The position numbers were made by a program, and so were the translations under genes. Below are positions 37,666 through 46,570 of a DNA stretch of 64,000 nt, one piece after another. Source of the DNA: Candidatus Hermodarchaeota archaeon (lineage in GTDB: Archaea; Asgardarchaeota; Hermodarchaeia; Hermodarchaeales; Hermodarchaeaceae); contig JAEOTO010000031.1 of assembly GCA_016839805.1 (NCBI GenBank), forward strand, positions 1 through 64,000, in the 5' to 3' direction. Every line of letters starts with the position of its first letter. Position 1 is the stretch's first letter. The notes under the pieces were generated by a model, which did no database searches, was not told where the DNA came from, and saw nothing but the letters and a program-made list of their open reading frames with translations.

Positions 37666-38631
37666 ATGGGAGTGAAACTAGCTCAGCTCGTCACAAGCGA
37701 AATCCGTAATCTTTCCACATTAACTCGAAAACGAGTGGTACTTGATGGCAGCTATGTCATTATTTCCGCATTGAAAAAAATCCGTCCTAATGGACAGATG
37801 TTCGTAAATCGTTGGGGTGAACCGCTCGCTCCAGTGCACGTAATCTTCTATAAAACCCTGCGTCTGCTCGAAGAGGGGATTCGACCAATTTACGTCTTTG
37901 ATGGCATTCCACCAATCGAGAAAAGATGCAACGATCAGCGAATACAACTCCACATGCAACAACTTTGGAAGGCTTACGAGAGAGCAAAAGAGGTGCAAGA
38001 TGGAGAAACGATTCGAAACCTTTTCCAAAGCACCGCATTAACTTACCGCAAAGCTATCCTCGACGCTGTGGAGTTACTCAAAGCCATGGGGGCCCCAGCA
38101 ATTATTGCACCAAGTGAAGGAGAAGCACAGGGAGCAGCCCTCGTGAAGGAGAACCGAGCGGATTTTCTCTTTACACCGGATTATGACGCCCTCATTTTTG
38201 GGTGTCCAACAATTATCCGTCGCATAGACTTCGACCAACACCAAATCGAAGTTATTGTATTAGAAAACGTCCTGAAAACTCTGGATCTAAATCTATCACA
38301 ATTAATCGACTTAGCAATCCTGATTGGAACAGATTTCAATAAGGGTGTTCCCCGTATTGGTCCAAGACGGGGATTGGCATTAATCAAAAAATACGAAGCC
38401 CTTGAACAAATTCCAACCTTATCCTCGATAGAAGACTTACTAGAAATCCGACAGCTGTTCCAAACTCCACCAATTATATCCTTTGATCCACATGTCCGTC
38501 CACCCAATGTGGAAATGGTCCAACGGCTCCTCCTTGAAAAGGGATTCAATGCTCGTCGCGCTCTGAAAGCAAGAAATCGACTTGTAAATGCTTATTATTC
38601 ACACCGAACGGCCCAACAACACCTTACTTGA
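37666..38631 (+). CDS. fen: Flap endonuclease FEN1/XPG-family nuclease (divergent; probable start ATG 37666)
   Basis: MGV start, VLDG, YVFDG, SEGEAQ, DYD, GTDFN, IGP..GL. Confidence 0.85.
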   Translation: MGVKLAQLVTSEIRNLSTLTRKRVVLDGSYVIISALKKIRPNGQMFVNRWGEPLAPVHVIFYKTLRLLEEGIRPIYVFDGIPPIEKRCNDQRIQLHMQQLWKAYERAKEVQDGETIRNLFQSTALTYRKAILDAVELLKAMGAPAIIAPSEGEAQGAALVKENRADFLFTPDYDALIFGCPTIIRRIDFDQHQIEVIVLENVLKTLDLNLSQLIDLAILIGTDFNKGVPRIGPRRGLALIKKYEALEQIPTLSSIEDLLEIRQLFQTPPIISFDPHVRPPNVEMVQRLLLEKGFNARRALKARNRLVNAYYSHRTAQQHLT

Positions 38632-38934
38632 AAATAAGTAGTTGGATAAGCAGGAGAGTGGTGATCCAAAAAATTTCAGGATTTCACTCAGTTTACTGAA
38701 ATTCCTAGCAAATCCTCACCATTGAGTAACTAAATAAGCTGCTCCACAAGCGTCGATAAAGAAAGGCATTGATGGAGTAACGTACGTATTTTGCAATGAT
38801 ACTTGTTTCCAAAGGAGTTTGAAAGATTTCAACAAATGCCTGAATTCGATGAAATTCATTTCTCGGTTTATGGTTATTTAGCAGAAGACTTCATGATACT
38901 TGTGTGGTTTAAGTAACATTTACTCGAGGGAGGG

Positions 38935-39237
38935 GTGAGGAGCGTTTATAATATGAGCGAGTCGCATTGGCTGATTAGAGAAACTCTAAGACGCATTGCT
39001 TTGAATGCCAGGGGACCAGCGCTCCCCTTAGCTAGAGGAATGTTAGAGCAGATTCCTCAGTTTTTATCCACTGGTATGCCTATTGTAAACGCTCTACGTG
39101 AATCATTGTTAATTGCGATTCACACAGCGCAACTAAGGGCGCAACATTGTGTGGGCACGGAACGATATGCGTTAGACGATTTCATTAAAACTTGTGTTGA
39201 AATGGAATCAGAAACTGAATATCTCGTGACGGTCTAA
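38935..39237 (+). CDS. Small helical hypothetical protein (alternative start ATG 38953)
   Basis: Open frame with purine-rich RBS; fills an intergenic gap. Confidence 0.6.
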   Translation: MRSVYNMSESHWLIRETLRRIALNARGPALPLARGMLEQIPQFLSTGMPIVNALRESLLIAIHTAQLRAQHCVGTERYALDDFIKTCVEMESETEYLVTV

Positions 39238-39323
39238 CCTGTTATGTAATTTAAGAGGGAAAAGGTCACAGAAAACCTTTAATCGCTGATTGAAGGGGTT
39301 GGCATCAGCTAGTGTGGTAGAGG

Positions 39324-39572
39324 TTGATTGATGTGACTGTCTCTGCATATATCATGTGTAAGGTTTTCATGGGTTACATTCAGGATGTTGTGAATGCACT
39401 TCGTGAGCTTGAAGCGGCCACGAGTATCACGGTGACGACAGGGGATTATGATATCATCGCTCGATTCGATGTATCCAACCTGGAAGCCCTCTATGATTTG
39501 ACCGTTAATGCGATTGGTAAAATCAAGGGGATGGAGAGCGTCACAACAGCAGTTGTAGAAAAGGAATTCTAA
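39324..39572 (+). CDS. Stand-alone Lrp/AsnC ligand-binding (RAM) domain protein
   Basis: AYIMCKV...VTTGDYDIIAR...IGKIKGMESVTTAV. Confidence 0.9.
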   Translation: MIDVTVSAYIMCKVFMGYIQDVVNALRELEAATSITVTTGDYDIIARFDVSNLEALYDLTVNAIGKIKGMESVTTAVVEKEF

Positions 39573-39601
39573 GATCGGGTTATGACTAAGAATAGGCGGG
39601 A

Positions 39602-40867
39602 TTGACCTTGCGGGCGGCAATGGAACGACGAATGGGGTCGCAACGCACCCGGACCGTGTTTTATTTCTTAGCCCTCATTTCTGGTGTCTTGTATGCCTTT
39701 TCGGTGTTTTATGATGTGTTTATCTATCGCGTGTTTTTACCCAATCCTATCGCCTTTGCCCTTGCGGAGCAATGGCTTGCCCTCCTCTTTACGGTAGCGA
39801 TGCTCCTTGTGCTAAGTATTCCGACAAATAGGGCTCGTCGTCGTAGTTTGGGAACACAACTTGATCGATCCTTTGCTCACATCTCTTTACCCTCACGCAA
39901 AGTAATTTTCGATATTATTCTAGCGGGTATTTTCGCAGGTGCTGCGACCTTTGCCTATTACTACGTTACAGGCCTTAGTGCTGACGTTTCAGCAGTAATC
40001 CCCTTCTCACGGTTTTCTCTTATCTATCTCATGATTGGTGATTTGATCTTAATCCGCGATTGGCCAAGTCCCATCGAAGCGCTCTCGATTCTTGCCATTA
40101 CCTTTGGTGTCATCCTTGTTGGTACAACGCCTGGAATTTTTGATCCAGCGATGCTGCTGTTTGTCATTGGTTCATGGGCAGGTGGAGTTGCCGTGAGTAT
40201 CTTCTTTCAAAGTCGGGCTAAGCGCAAAGAGATACGTCCAGGTGCAACTATCGACTCCTTAAACTTGCGATTATGGATACTTCTCTTCCTCAACCTTATC
40301 ATGACACTCATGATGATCCCCCTGATAACTCCAGATACCGTGACTCTGCTCATCGTTCAATTTCCGATTGTTGCTCCCTGGCTGCTGCTTCCTGTCTGCC
40401 TCACCTTCTTTTCATTGGTCGCATATCTACAAGCCTTAGGTCAGGGTAAAATGTCTATAGTGCAAAGTGTTGGTTCCGTATCGATTATTTTGGGCATTCC
40501 ACTCACACTGTTGGGTGCTTTTTTGTATCCTGGCGTCTTCAACCCGCCAGCCACTGATGTTCTCTCGTGGCTTCTGAAATTAACTGGAACTATTTTTGTA
40601 ATTGCGGGAATCGTCGCTTTGTCCATGAGTGAAATGCGTGGCTTTGTTCTAGTGAAATTGCGACCGGGAACAGGTGATATTATGAAAGAATTGCGTGGTA
40701 TTCATGGTGTAAGCCGAGTCTCAGCCATTTCAGGAAAATGGGATTACATCATTCGAATTGATATTCGAAGCCTCAGTAGCGCCCGGGTCAAGACGCTGCA
40801 ACGGATTGAGGAAACACCTGGTGTAATAGATATGGAAACCCAGCTTATACTCAGAGAATGGGCCTAA
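39602..40867 (+). CDS. EamA/DMT-type transporter fused to a C-terminal Lrp/AsnC ligand-binding domain
   Basis: About 10 TM helices in two repeats; C-terminal GFVLVKL...ISGKWDYIIRI...PGVIDMETQLI. Confidence 0.8.
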   Translation: MTLRAAMERRMGSQRTRTVFYFLALISGVLYAFSVFYDVFIYRVFLPNPIAFALAEQWLALLFTVAMLLVLSIPTNRARRRSLGTQLDRSFAHISLPSRKVIFDIILAGIFAGAATFAYYYVTGLSADVSAVIPFSRFSLIYLMIGDLILIRDWPSPIEALSILAITFGVILVGTTPGIFDPAMLLFVIGSWAGGVAVSIFFQSRAKRKEIRPGATIDSLNLRLWILLFLNLIMTLMMIPLITPDTVTLLIVQFPIVAPWLLLPVCLTFFSLVAYLQALGQGKMSIVQSVGSVSIILGIPLTLLGAFLYPGVFNPPATDVLSWLLKLTGTIFVIAGIVALSMSEMRGFVLVKLRPGTGDIMKELRGIHGVSRVSAISGKWDYIIRIDIRSLSSARVKTLQRIEETPGVIDMETQLILREWA

Positions 40868-40953
40868 CTACTCTCTCAAGAAGCGGTTTACTTCTCAGAC
40901 AGCGTCCAAAACTTATTTAATAATCCCAAAAAACGGCGAGTCATTGAATCGCC

Positions 40954-41901
40954 ATGGAACCAAGTACACTTCTTCCACTGGATGGGCTCACCGAAGGTTA
41001 TGGTCTTCGTGATGATGCCCTTGATCAAATGCTAATGACCTCCGAATATCGTGAGGTGACGATTCAATATCGTTCAGCAATCAAGACTATTCAGGAAGCT
41101 TTTTGCAGCGATACACGAATCCGTGTAATTGCCTTTCCTCTCAATGACGACCAAGACCCGCTCTGGCCGCATATGGCATGGGTGCCGTTATGGTCGAACC
41201 GAGATACCTGCGTCCTCGTTGCTGATCCTTTAGAGCCTCCAAGCCGACACGACCTCGATTACCTTATTCCACAAGGATTTGCCCAACACGCTGCTCATGT
41301 AACCGAAGGATTTCCCTATTATTTACCAAACACCACACCGGAGATGCTTTGGCCTCAATATTTAGACTGTCATCCCATTCGGATATCTCCATTACATGTT
41401 TTGAATCCAAAGGTACCCCATCAGCCAGAAGAAAGCGAGCCCACAATGTTCGCATTAACTCTGGAAGCTATTCTCCGGTTACGAGCATTCATTGCGGACT
41501 ACTTGTTAATTGATCGTGGTTTTTCCACAGGTGTCGCATATCAACATGCTACCCTCCTCTATGAACTACCATTACCCGCATATTCCGATGCAGCAAACTC
41601 GCCTTGGCTTCTCTCCTTTCTCCTGATTGATGCCGCACGGGCAGCCGTTACCCTCGGGAAAACTAACTGTTTCACTTGGACTGGACTCCGGAACATGATT
41701 GACCAAGCACGGTGTCGACTTAGTGAACTTGATCATCTACTTGGAAACATCCAGCCAATGCCAACATTTACAAAACAATTTGACCAGATTCATCACTGCT
41801 TTACGACGTTGCATCCGTCTAGTTTGCGAGACTCCTCTGATACTAATCGGTTCATCTGCGAATTATTAGAGAAAGCAGATATCTATCAGGAAGAGCGTTA
41901 A
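40954..41901 (+). CDS. Hypothetical protein
   Basis: 315-aa ORF directly upstream of the Hef-like helicase; no recognised motif. Confidence 0.65.
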   Translation: MEPSTLLPLDGLTEGYGLRDDALDQMLMTSEYREVTIQYRSAIKTIQEAFCSDTRIRVIAFPLNDDQDPLWPHMAWVPLWSNRDTCVLVADPLEPPSRHDLDYLIPQGFAQHAAHVTEGFPYYLPNTTPEMLWPQYLDCHPIRISPLHVLNPKVPHQPEESEPTMFALTLEAILRLRAFIADYLLIDRGFSTGVAYQHATLLYELPLPAYSDAANSPWLLSFLLIDAARAAVTLGKTNCFTWTGLRNMIDQARCRLSELDHLLGNIQPMPTFTKQFDQIHHCFTTLHPSSLRDSSDTNRFICELLEKADIYQEER

Positions 41902-41960
41902 ATCGGATGAGCAACCAGTCACAAGATATAAAAACAGAGTAAAAACTGCACAGCATCTCG

Positions 41961-43529
41961 GTGACCGTGAACGCTGACTACTTTGACCTTCCACTTCTAA
42001 GGCCCCAAACAGTGAAGCGTCGTCTGTATCAGGAAGTAATTTTCGCCTCCGCCATCAACCAAAATACGTTAGTTGTTTTACCAACTGGATTGGGAAAAAC
42101 CATAATCGCAGTGGTTTTATGCGCATATCGTCTCGAAAAAGAGCCTATAGCAAAGGTTGTGATGTTAGCCCCTACACGACCTCTAGTGGGACAGCATCAT
42201 AAACGGTTTTCTGAGATGCTAATGATAATTCCCGAGAAGCTTCGCATGATTACAGGTAGAACACCTGTGAAACAACGGGCGAGGATATGGGAGAGGAGTA
42301 GTGTAATTTTCATGACCCCCCAAACCTTGCGAAATGATCTGGAACAGAATCGGTATTCTCTGAATGAGGTAGCGCTATTAATTTTCGATGAAGCGCACCG
42401 GGCGACTGGACGTTATGACTACATCGCACTAGCTGATTATTATCTTCGTCAACGAGATGATGGTCGAATTCTCGCTCTCACGGCTTCACCCAGAAAGGTG
42501 AGAGAACTAGGTGAGGCGTTGTATATCGAGAACATTGAAGTCCGAACAGAACAGAGCCCGGATTTAATTCCTTATATTCAACAGGTAGGCATCCATTATG
42601 TAATAGTAGATTTACCCCCCGAATATCAACAGATAGAAGCTTTACTTATACAGGGTACTCAAATGGCTGCCATACCCCTTATTGAATTGGGGCTAGTCAA
42701 ACCCAGCGAACTCAAGTTTCTCAGTCGACGTGATCTCCTCAAATATAGAATCTCTTTAGGACAACGAATTAAGTTTGGAGAGGGAACTTCTGAGCCACGT
42801 CTTTTTGATGCAATGCTTGGAATTGCCCTGATTCTCCGATTGTCGCATGCACGTGAAGTCCTCGAAACTCAGGGTGTACCACAACTCTTCGAATATTTTC
42901 GTGGAATTGAACGAAAAGCTCAAGATGAGAAGGCTCCAAAAAACGTTCACGTTCTCTTATCTAGCCCGTGGTATCATGAAGCCCGAAATCTCCTTGAAAC
43001 CTTGACACAACAAGGAGAAAATCATCCTAAACATCCTATTCTCCTTCGGATACTCCAAGAGCAGCTTCAACAGAAAGCTAATAGTCGTATTCTCGTATTT
43101 ACGCGATTTCGTGTCTCCGCAAAGATACTCACGAAGTATTTGAATGACCATGAAAAATTACGTGCTGCTCGATTTGTGGGTCAAACAAATATTCCTGGCG
43201 ATCGAGGCCTAAGTCAGAAAGAACAATTAGACCTTTTAGATGGCTTCCGAGCGAATACCTACAATGTGCTGGTTGCTACAAACGTGGGCGAAGAGGGATT
43301 AGATATCAGTGAGTGTAATCTTGTCGTCTTTTATGACAGTGTTCCGAGTGCAATTCGTCGAATTCAACGCGCAGGTCGTACAGGTCGACGGACACCGGGT
43401 CAGCTCATAGTCCTTATCACTAGAGGAACCCGTGATGAAAGTTACCATTACAGCAGCCTCCACAAAGAACGAAATATGCAATCAAAACTCATTCATTATT
43501 CGCGACGGTTACAAAATTCATCCAGATAG
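41961..43529 (+). CDS. Hef/Mph1/FANCM-family DEAH helicase lacking the ERCC4 nuclease domain
   Basis: RLYQE, LPTGLGKT, DEAHRATG.YDY, TASP, EEGLDI, IQRAGRTGR; ends shortly after motif VI. Confidence 0.9.
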   Translation: MTVNADYFDLPLLRPQTVKRRLYQEVIFASAINQNTLVVLPTGLGKTIIAVVLCAYRLEKEPIAKVVMLAPTRPLVGQHHKRFSEMLMIIPEKLRMITGRTPVKQRARIWERSSVIFMTPQTLRNDLEQNRYSLNEVALLIFDEAHRATGRYDYIALADYYLRQRDDGRILALTASPRKVRELGEALYIENIEVRTEQSPDLIPYIQQVGIHYVIVDLPPEYQQIEALLIQGTQMAAIPLIELGLVKPSELKFLSRRDLLKYRISLGQRIKFGEGTSEPRLFDAMLGIALILRLSHAREVLETQGVPQLFEYFRGIERKAQDEKAPKNVHVLLSSPWYHEARNLLETLTQQGENHPKHPILLRILQEQLQQKANSRILVFTRFRVSAKILTKYLNDHEKLRAARFVGQTNIPGDRGLSQKEQLDLLDGFRANTYNVLVATNVGEEGLDISECNLVVFYDSVPSAIRRIQRAGRTGRRTPGQLIVLITRGTRDESYHYSSLHKERNMQSKLIHYSRRLQNSSR

Positions 43530-43594
43530 TAGTTTAAATGCTTAAAAGTCGAAACGGATAACAGATACCCTAACATCCCCCCTGGTGGCATGAT

Positions 43595-44248
43595 ATGGCA
43601 TTCCCGTCCCCTGACCCTCTATGGATATTAGAACTTGTAAAAGTCATCATTCTATTCGCGTTAGGTTTACTCCTCCTCATCCGATGGAGCCGTGCCGAAC
43701 GCCGTTTCTATACGGATATCCCCTTCCTTTTCGCTCTAGGATTCTTCATCCTTGCCGGTGCTGAATCAGTTGATGTGTTAATTCACTCAGGGTTATTACC
43801 CCCGTTTGATCTCTTCACATATAAAATCCGAGCCGCCTTTACCGCTATCAGTCTTGGTTTCTTTCTATATCCCACACTGCTCATTTGGATTAGTGAGCGT
43901 CGACGAATCAGGGATCTGATTCCAATCATCTACATAATCTCCGTTCTACTGATAATTCTCCTATCCCCCACAGAGCAGCTTTTGCGGCTCCTACTGATTC
44001 CCTTTATGTTAGTTGTGTATATTGGCTTTACAGTTTCTTTCTTCCTTGCATGGATGTGGAAGCGCCTCACTGAAGTCCATGGTTTACTTATCAGTCTAGG
44101 TGGAACAGTTACCATCCTCGGTCAAATTCTCAAGGTGTTCGTTCCACCTACACTAGTATGGGTTTCAGAGGTGGTTGAAATCCTTGGCCTGATAATTCTT
44201 TGGGGTGGTCTCAACATTAAGACTAAGACTGCTAAAGCGCCTTCGTAA
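43595..44248 (+). CDS. Hypothetical 7-TM membrane protein
   Basis: Seven hydrophobic segments, no soluble domain. Confidence 0.7.
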   Translation: MAFPSPDPLWILELVKVIILFALGLLLLIRWSRAERRFYTDIPFLFALGFFILAGAESVDVLIHSGLLPPFDLFTYKIRAAFTAISLGFFLYPTLLIWISERRRIRDLIPIIYIISVLLIILLSPTEQLLRLLLIPFMLVVYIGFTVSFFLAWMWKRLTEVHGLLISLGGTVTILGQILKVFVPPTLVWVSEVVEILGLIILWGGLNIKTKTAKAPS

Positions 44249-44302
44249 TTACCTTAGAGAGACACGTAATAACTACGTACAGATTCCCATTGTCTTCATT
44301 AG

Positions 44303-45877
44303 CTAGGCAGCGGTTGCTGTTACTATTAGTAGCTGTTCTTGAGCTTGGTCAAAAGTTGTAATTCGTGGCATCTTTGTTTGCCCAATTGTACATTGCTGGG
44401 ATTGAAGCTTGTTAAACTCGTAATCATCAAAGCGACCTGAGGGAACGGGATGAATAACCGCAGGGCTAATTGTGCTTGCCGTACGAACCTCCCAATAAAG
44501 GCGATTAACCGCTTGGAGCGCTGAATCAAACCCTTTTGTAAATCCTTGTAAATCATGAGGTGCACGGCTAAATTCTACGAATAGATGATAACAAGCACCA
44601 GTAGAACCCACTTGGGGAGCAACAACGAAATCTCGGACTAACGCATCCTGTTCTTCACTTGTAATAGTAAGAGCAGCACTAATGTGTTGTTCAGAGACTT
44701 TTTCACCACTAAGATTTAGGATATTCGTGCTTTTGCCAAGGCACTGAAGGGTTAGTGGATTAAGGGATGAAAACATTACTACATCATGTAGGTCGTAACG
44801 CCACAAAGTACTGGGAGTTGACACGATGATACGATATGGTGTGTTTTTCTTAACTTCGATTAGAGGAATCGTTTCAACATCTGGGGGTAGCGGACCCTTC
44901 TGCATACTAGCAAATTCAAAAACTATGTCATCCAGCATTGGAACGACGCCAGCTAGATCTTCGTAGAGCTGAATTCCATAACAGGCCTCTGTACCGGCAT
45001 AGACCTCATGAATATGAACATCACCAGCAAGATCACAAATCATCGGTTCGTAAAGATCACGAACAACGCCTCCATGAAAAATCACTGAAAGCTTAGGCCA
45101 CAAAGCTCTGAGGTCAAGAGTATTTTCATCAGTGAGAGCCGCTTGGAGTCGATGTTGTGTCTTTGAAGAAAGTGTAGGATCATTCTTCAGCCAATCAATG
45201 GATTCATACTTGATTCGTCGAAGGAGTGCGAGTATGAAAGAAGTAATTCCACCACAAGCTGTGACTTTGGGAGTGTTAATGCCTTGACGAATCGTCTCGC
45301 GGAATTTAAGCTCCCAATCCTTGATATCAAAAACATCAGGACTAGGCACAACTTTGCTCTTGATGAGTCGGCTGCCTCCCTTCATCGCTTGACCAGTCCC
45401 ATAACCTACATCCCATTCGCCGATCTTAGTATAAACTGCAGGAGCGACCATGACTAAGATTTTACCATGCAGAAATGGCCGAATGTTAGCAGCGGCGGCA
45501 AATGACATGATACGCAACCGCTTGAGTGATTTCAGGCATGTCGCGGTTTGAGGAATAAGCTTGGGTTTACCTGTGCTACCACTTGTTGATAAGACAACTT
45601 GGATGGGTTCGGGATACAAAGAATTATTGATTCCCTCTAATTCCTGCTGAATATAGGGTTGCAGATCTGAATATTGATTGATTGGGATGTGATCCACAAA
45701 TTCTTCATAACATCCAATGTCACTAAATCGGTGGCGCTTACCATAAGTTGTTCCTTCAGCATAGCGGAGAAGTTCAAGAAGTCGTTGTTCTTGGGCAGCC
45801 ACAGGGTCCTCAACGGTCTTAAGAAATGGTTTGAGCTTCATTCGATAGAGAATTTTGGATGCAAGTGACCAAATCAT
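44303..45877 (-). CDS. GH3-family acyl-acid amido synthetase-like protein (probable start ATG 45877)
   Basis: TSGSTGKPKLIP, YAGTEA, LWRYDLHDVV, GEKVSE, GQTKMPR; GGAG RBS. Confidence 0.9.
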   Translation of the reverse strand: MIWSLASKILYRMKLKPFLKTVEDPVAAQEQRLLELLRYAEGTTYGKRHRFSDIGCYEEFVDHIPINQYSDLQPYIQQELEGINNSLYPEPIQVVLSTSGSTGKPKLIPQTATCLKSLKRLRIMSFAAAANIRPFLHGKILVMVAPAVYTKIGEWDVGYGTGQAMKGGSRLIKSKVVPSPDVFDIKDWELKFRETIRQGINTPKVTACGGITSFILALLRRIKYESIDWLKNDPTLSSKTQHRLQAALTDENTLDLRALWPKLSVIFHGGVVRDLYEPMICDLAGDVHIHEVYAGTEACYGIQLYEDLAGVVPMLDDIVFEFASMQKGPLPPDVETIPLIEVKKNTPYRIIVSTPSTLWRYDLHDVVMFSSLNPLTLQCLGKSTNILNLSGEKVSEQHISAALTITSEEQDALVRDFVVAPQVGSTGACYHLFVEFSRAPHDLQGFTKGFDSALQAVNRLYWEVRTASTISPAVIHPVPSGRFDDYEFNKLQSQQCTIGQTKMPRITTFDQAQEQLLIVTATAA

Positions 45878-45916
45878 TTTTTTCTCTCCATTTTGTTTTA
45901 ATCTTCTTTTTGAATG

Positions 45917-46040
45917 AGAGCGGAACATTCGCTTCGTACCGTCTTCCAGTATGCCGGGTGTACCACATTCGCCTTGAGCTGCTGACACATCCAGAACTGG
46001 TGGGGCTCAGAGAACCCTTATGTCCGCGAGTTCTCGCTCT
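45917..46040 (-). ncRNA. Candidate structured RNA leader upstream of the GH3 gene
   Basis: GC-rich island with closing stem AGAGCG/CGCTCT and three internal hairpins; no known family recognised. Confidence 0.35.
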
Positions 46041-46570
46041 TTCCTGAAAATCCGACTAATTTGATCCTCTTTTAAGCGATACGGGGAGAGAGTAAGATTA
46101 ATCCAAAAGAGATCTCTGTTGAATGCATCGAAAAATGTACTGAGAAGCCGTTTCCAGCCTAGTAATCAATAATAGAATTCTTCCCGAAAAACTGAACTAG
46201 AGATAAAAAAAATCGATAGTTTTTTTAATTTCAGGAGTTTTTTGAGAATAAAATTTTCACTACTGCAATTTGATCTGGTTCTCAGCTACTTGAAGAGTAA
46301 AAATTAAGGTTAAACCACCCCTGAAGGGGGTTTGAGAGCGAATATTATCAATCTCGGGTTCGCATAGTTGCCCGTAACGCTTAAAAACTCATCAAAATCC
46401 GCGGGGAAATGGACACAACTCAACCCTCACCCAAGAATCCGAGGCGAGGAACAAATGGACCCAAGAGAACATGGACCAGGTGCCCCTCTTCCCTGTTAAA
46501 ATTTAATATGAATTAAAATCGAGGGATGTGCAATGCATTCTGACACTGCCTCCCTCTTTCCCCTTTTTAA

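Noticed and set aside
46407-46478. ATGGAC repeats as a mini-CRISPR array
   Set aside because: The repeats are only 10-12 bp, irregularly spaced, and no cas genes are present
45900-46570. RNase P RNA, SRP RNA or tRNA in the long intergenic region
   Set aside because: The universal motifs (GAGGAAAGUCC, the SRP helix 8 motif, the T-loop GTTCRA in a cloverleaf) were not found
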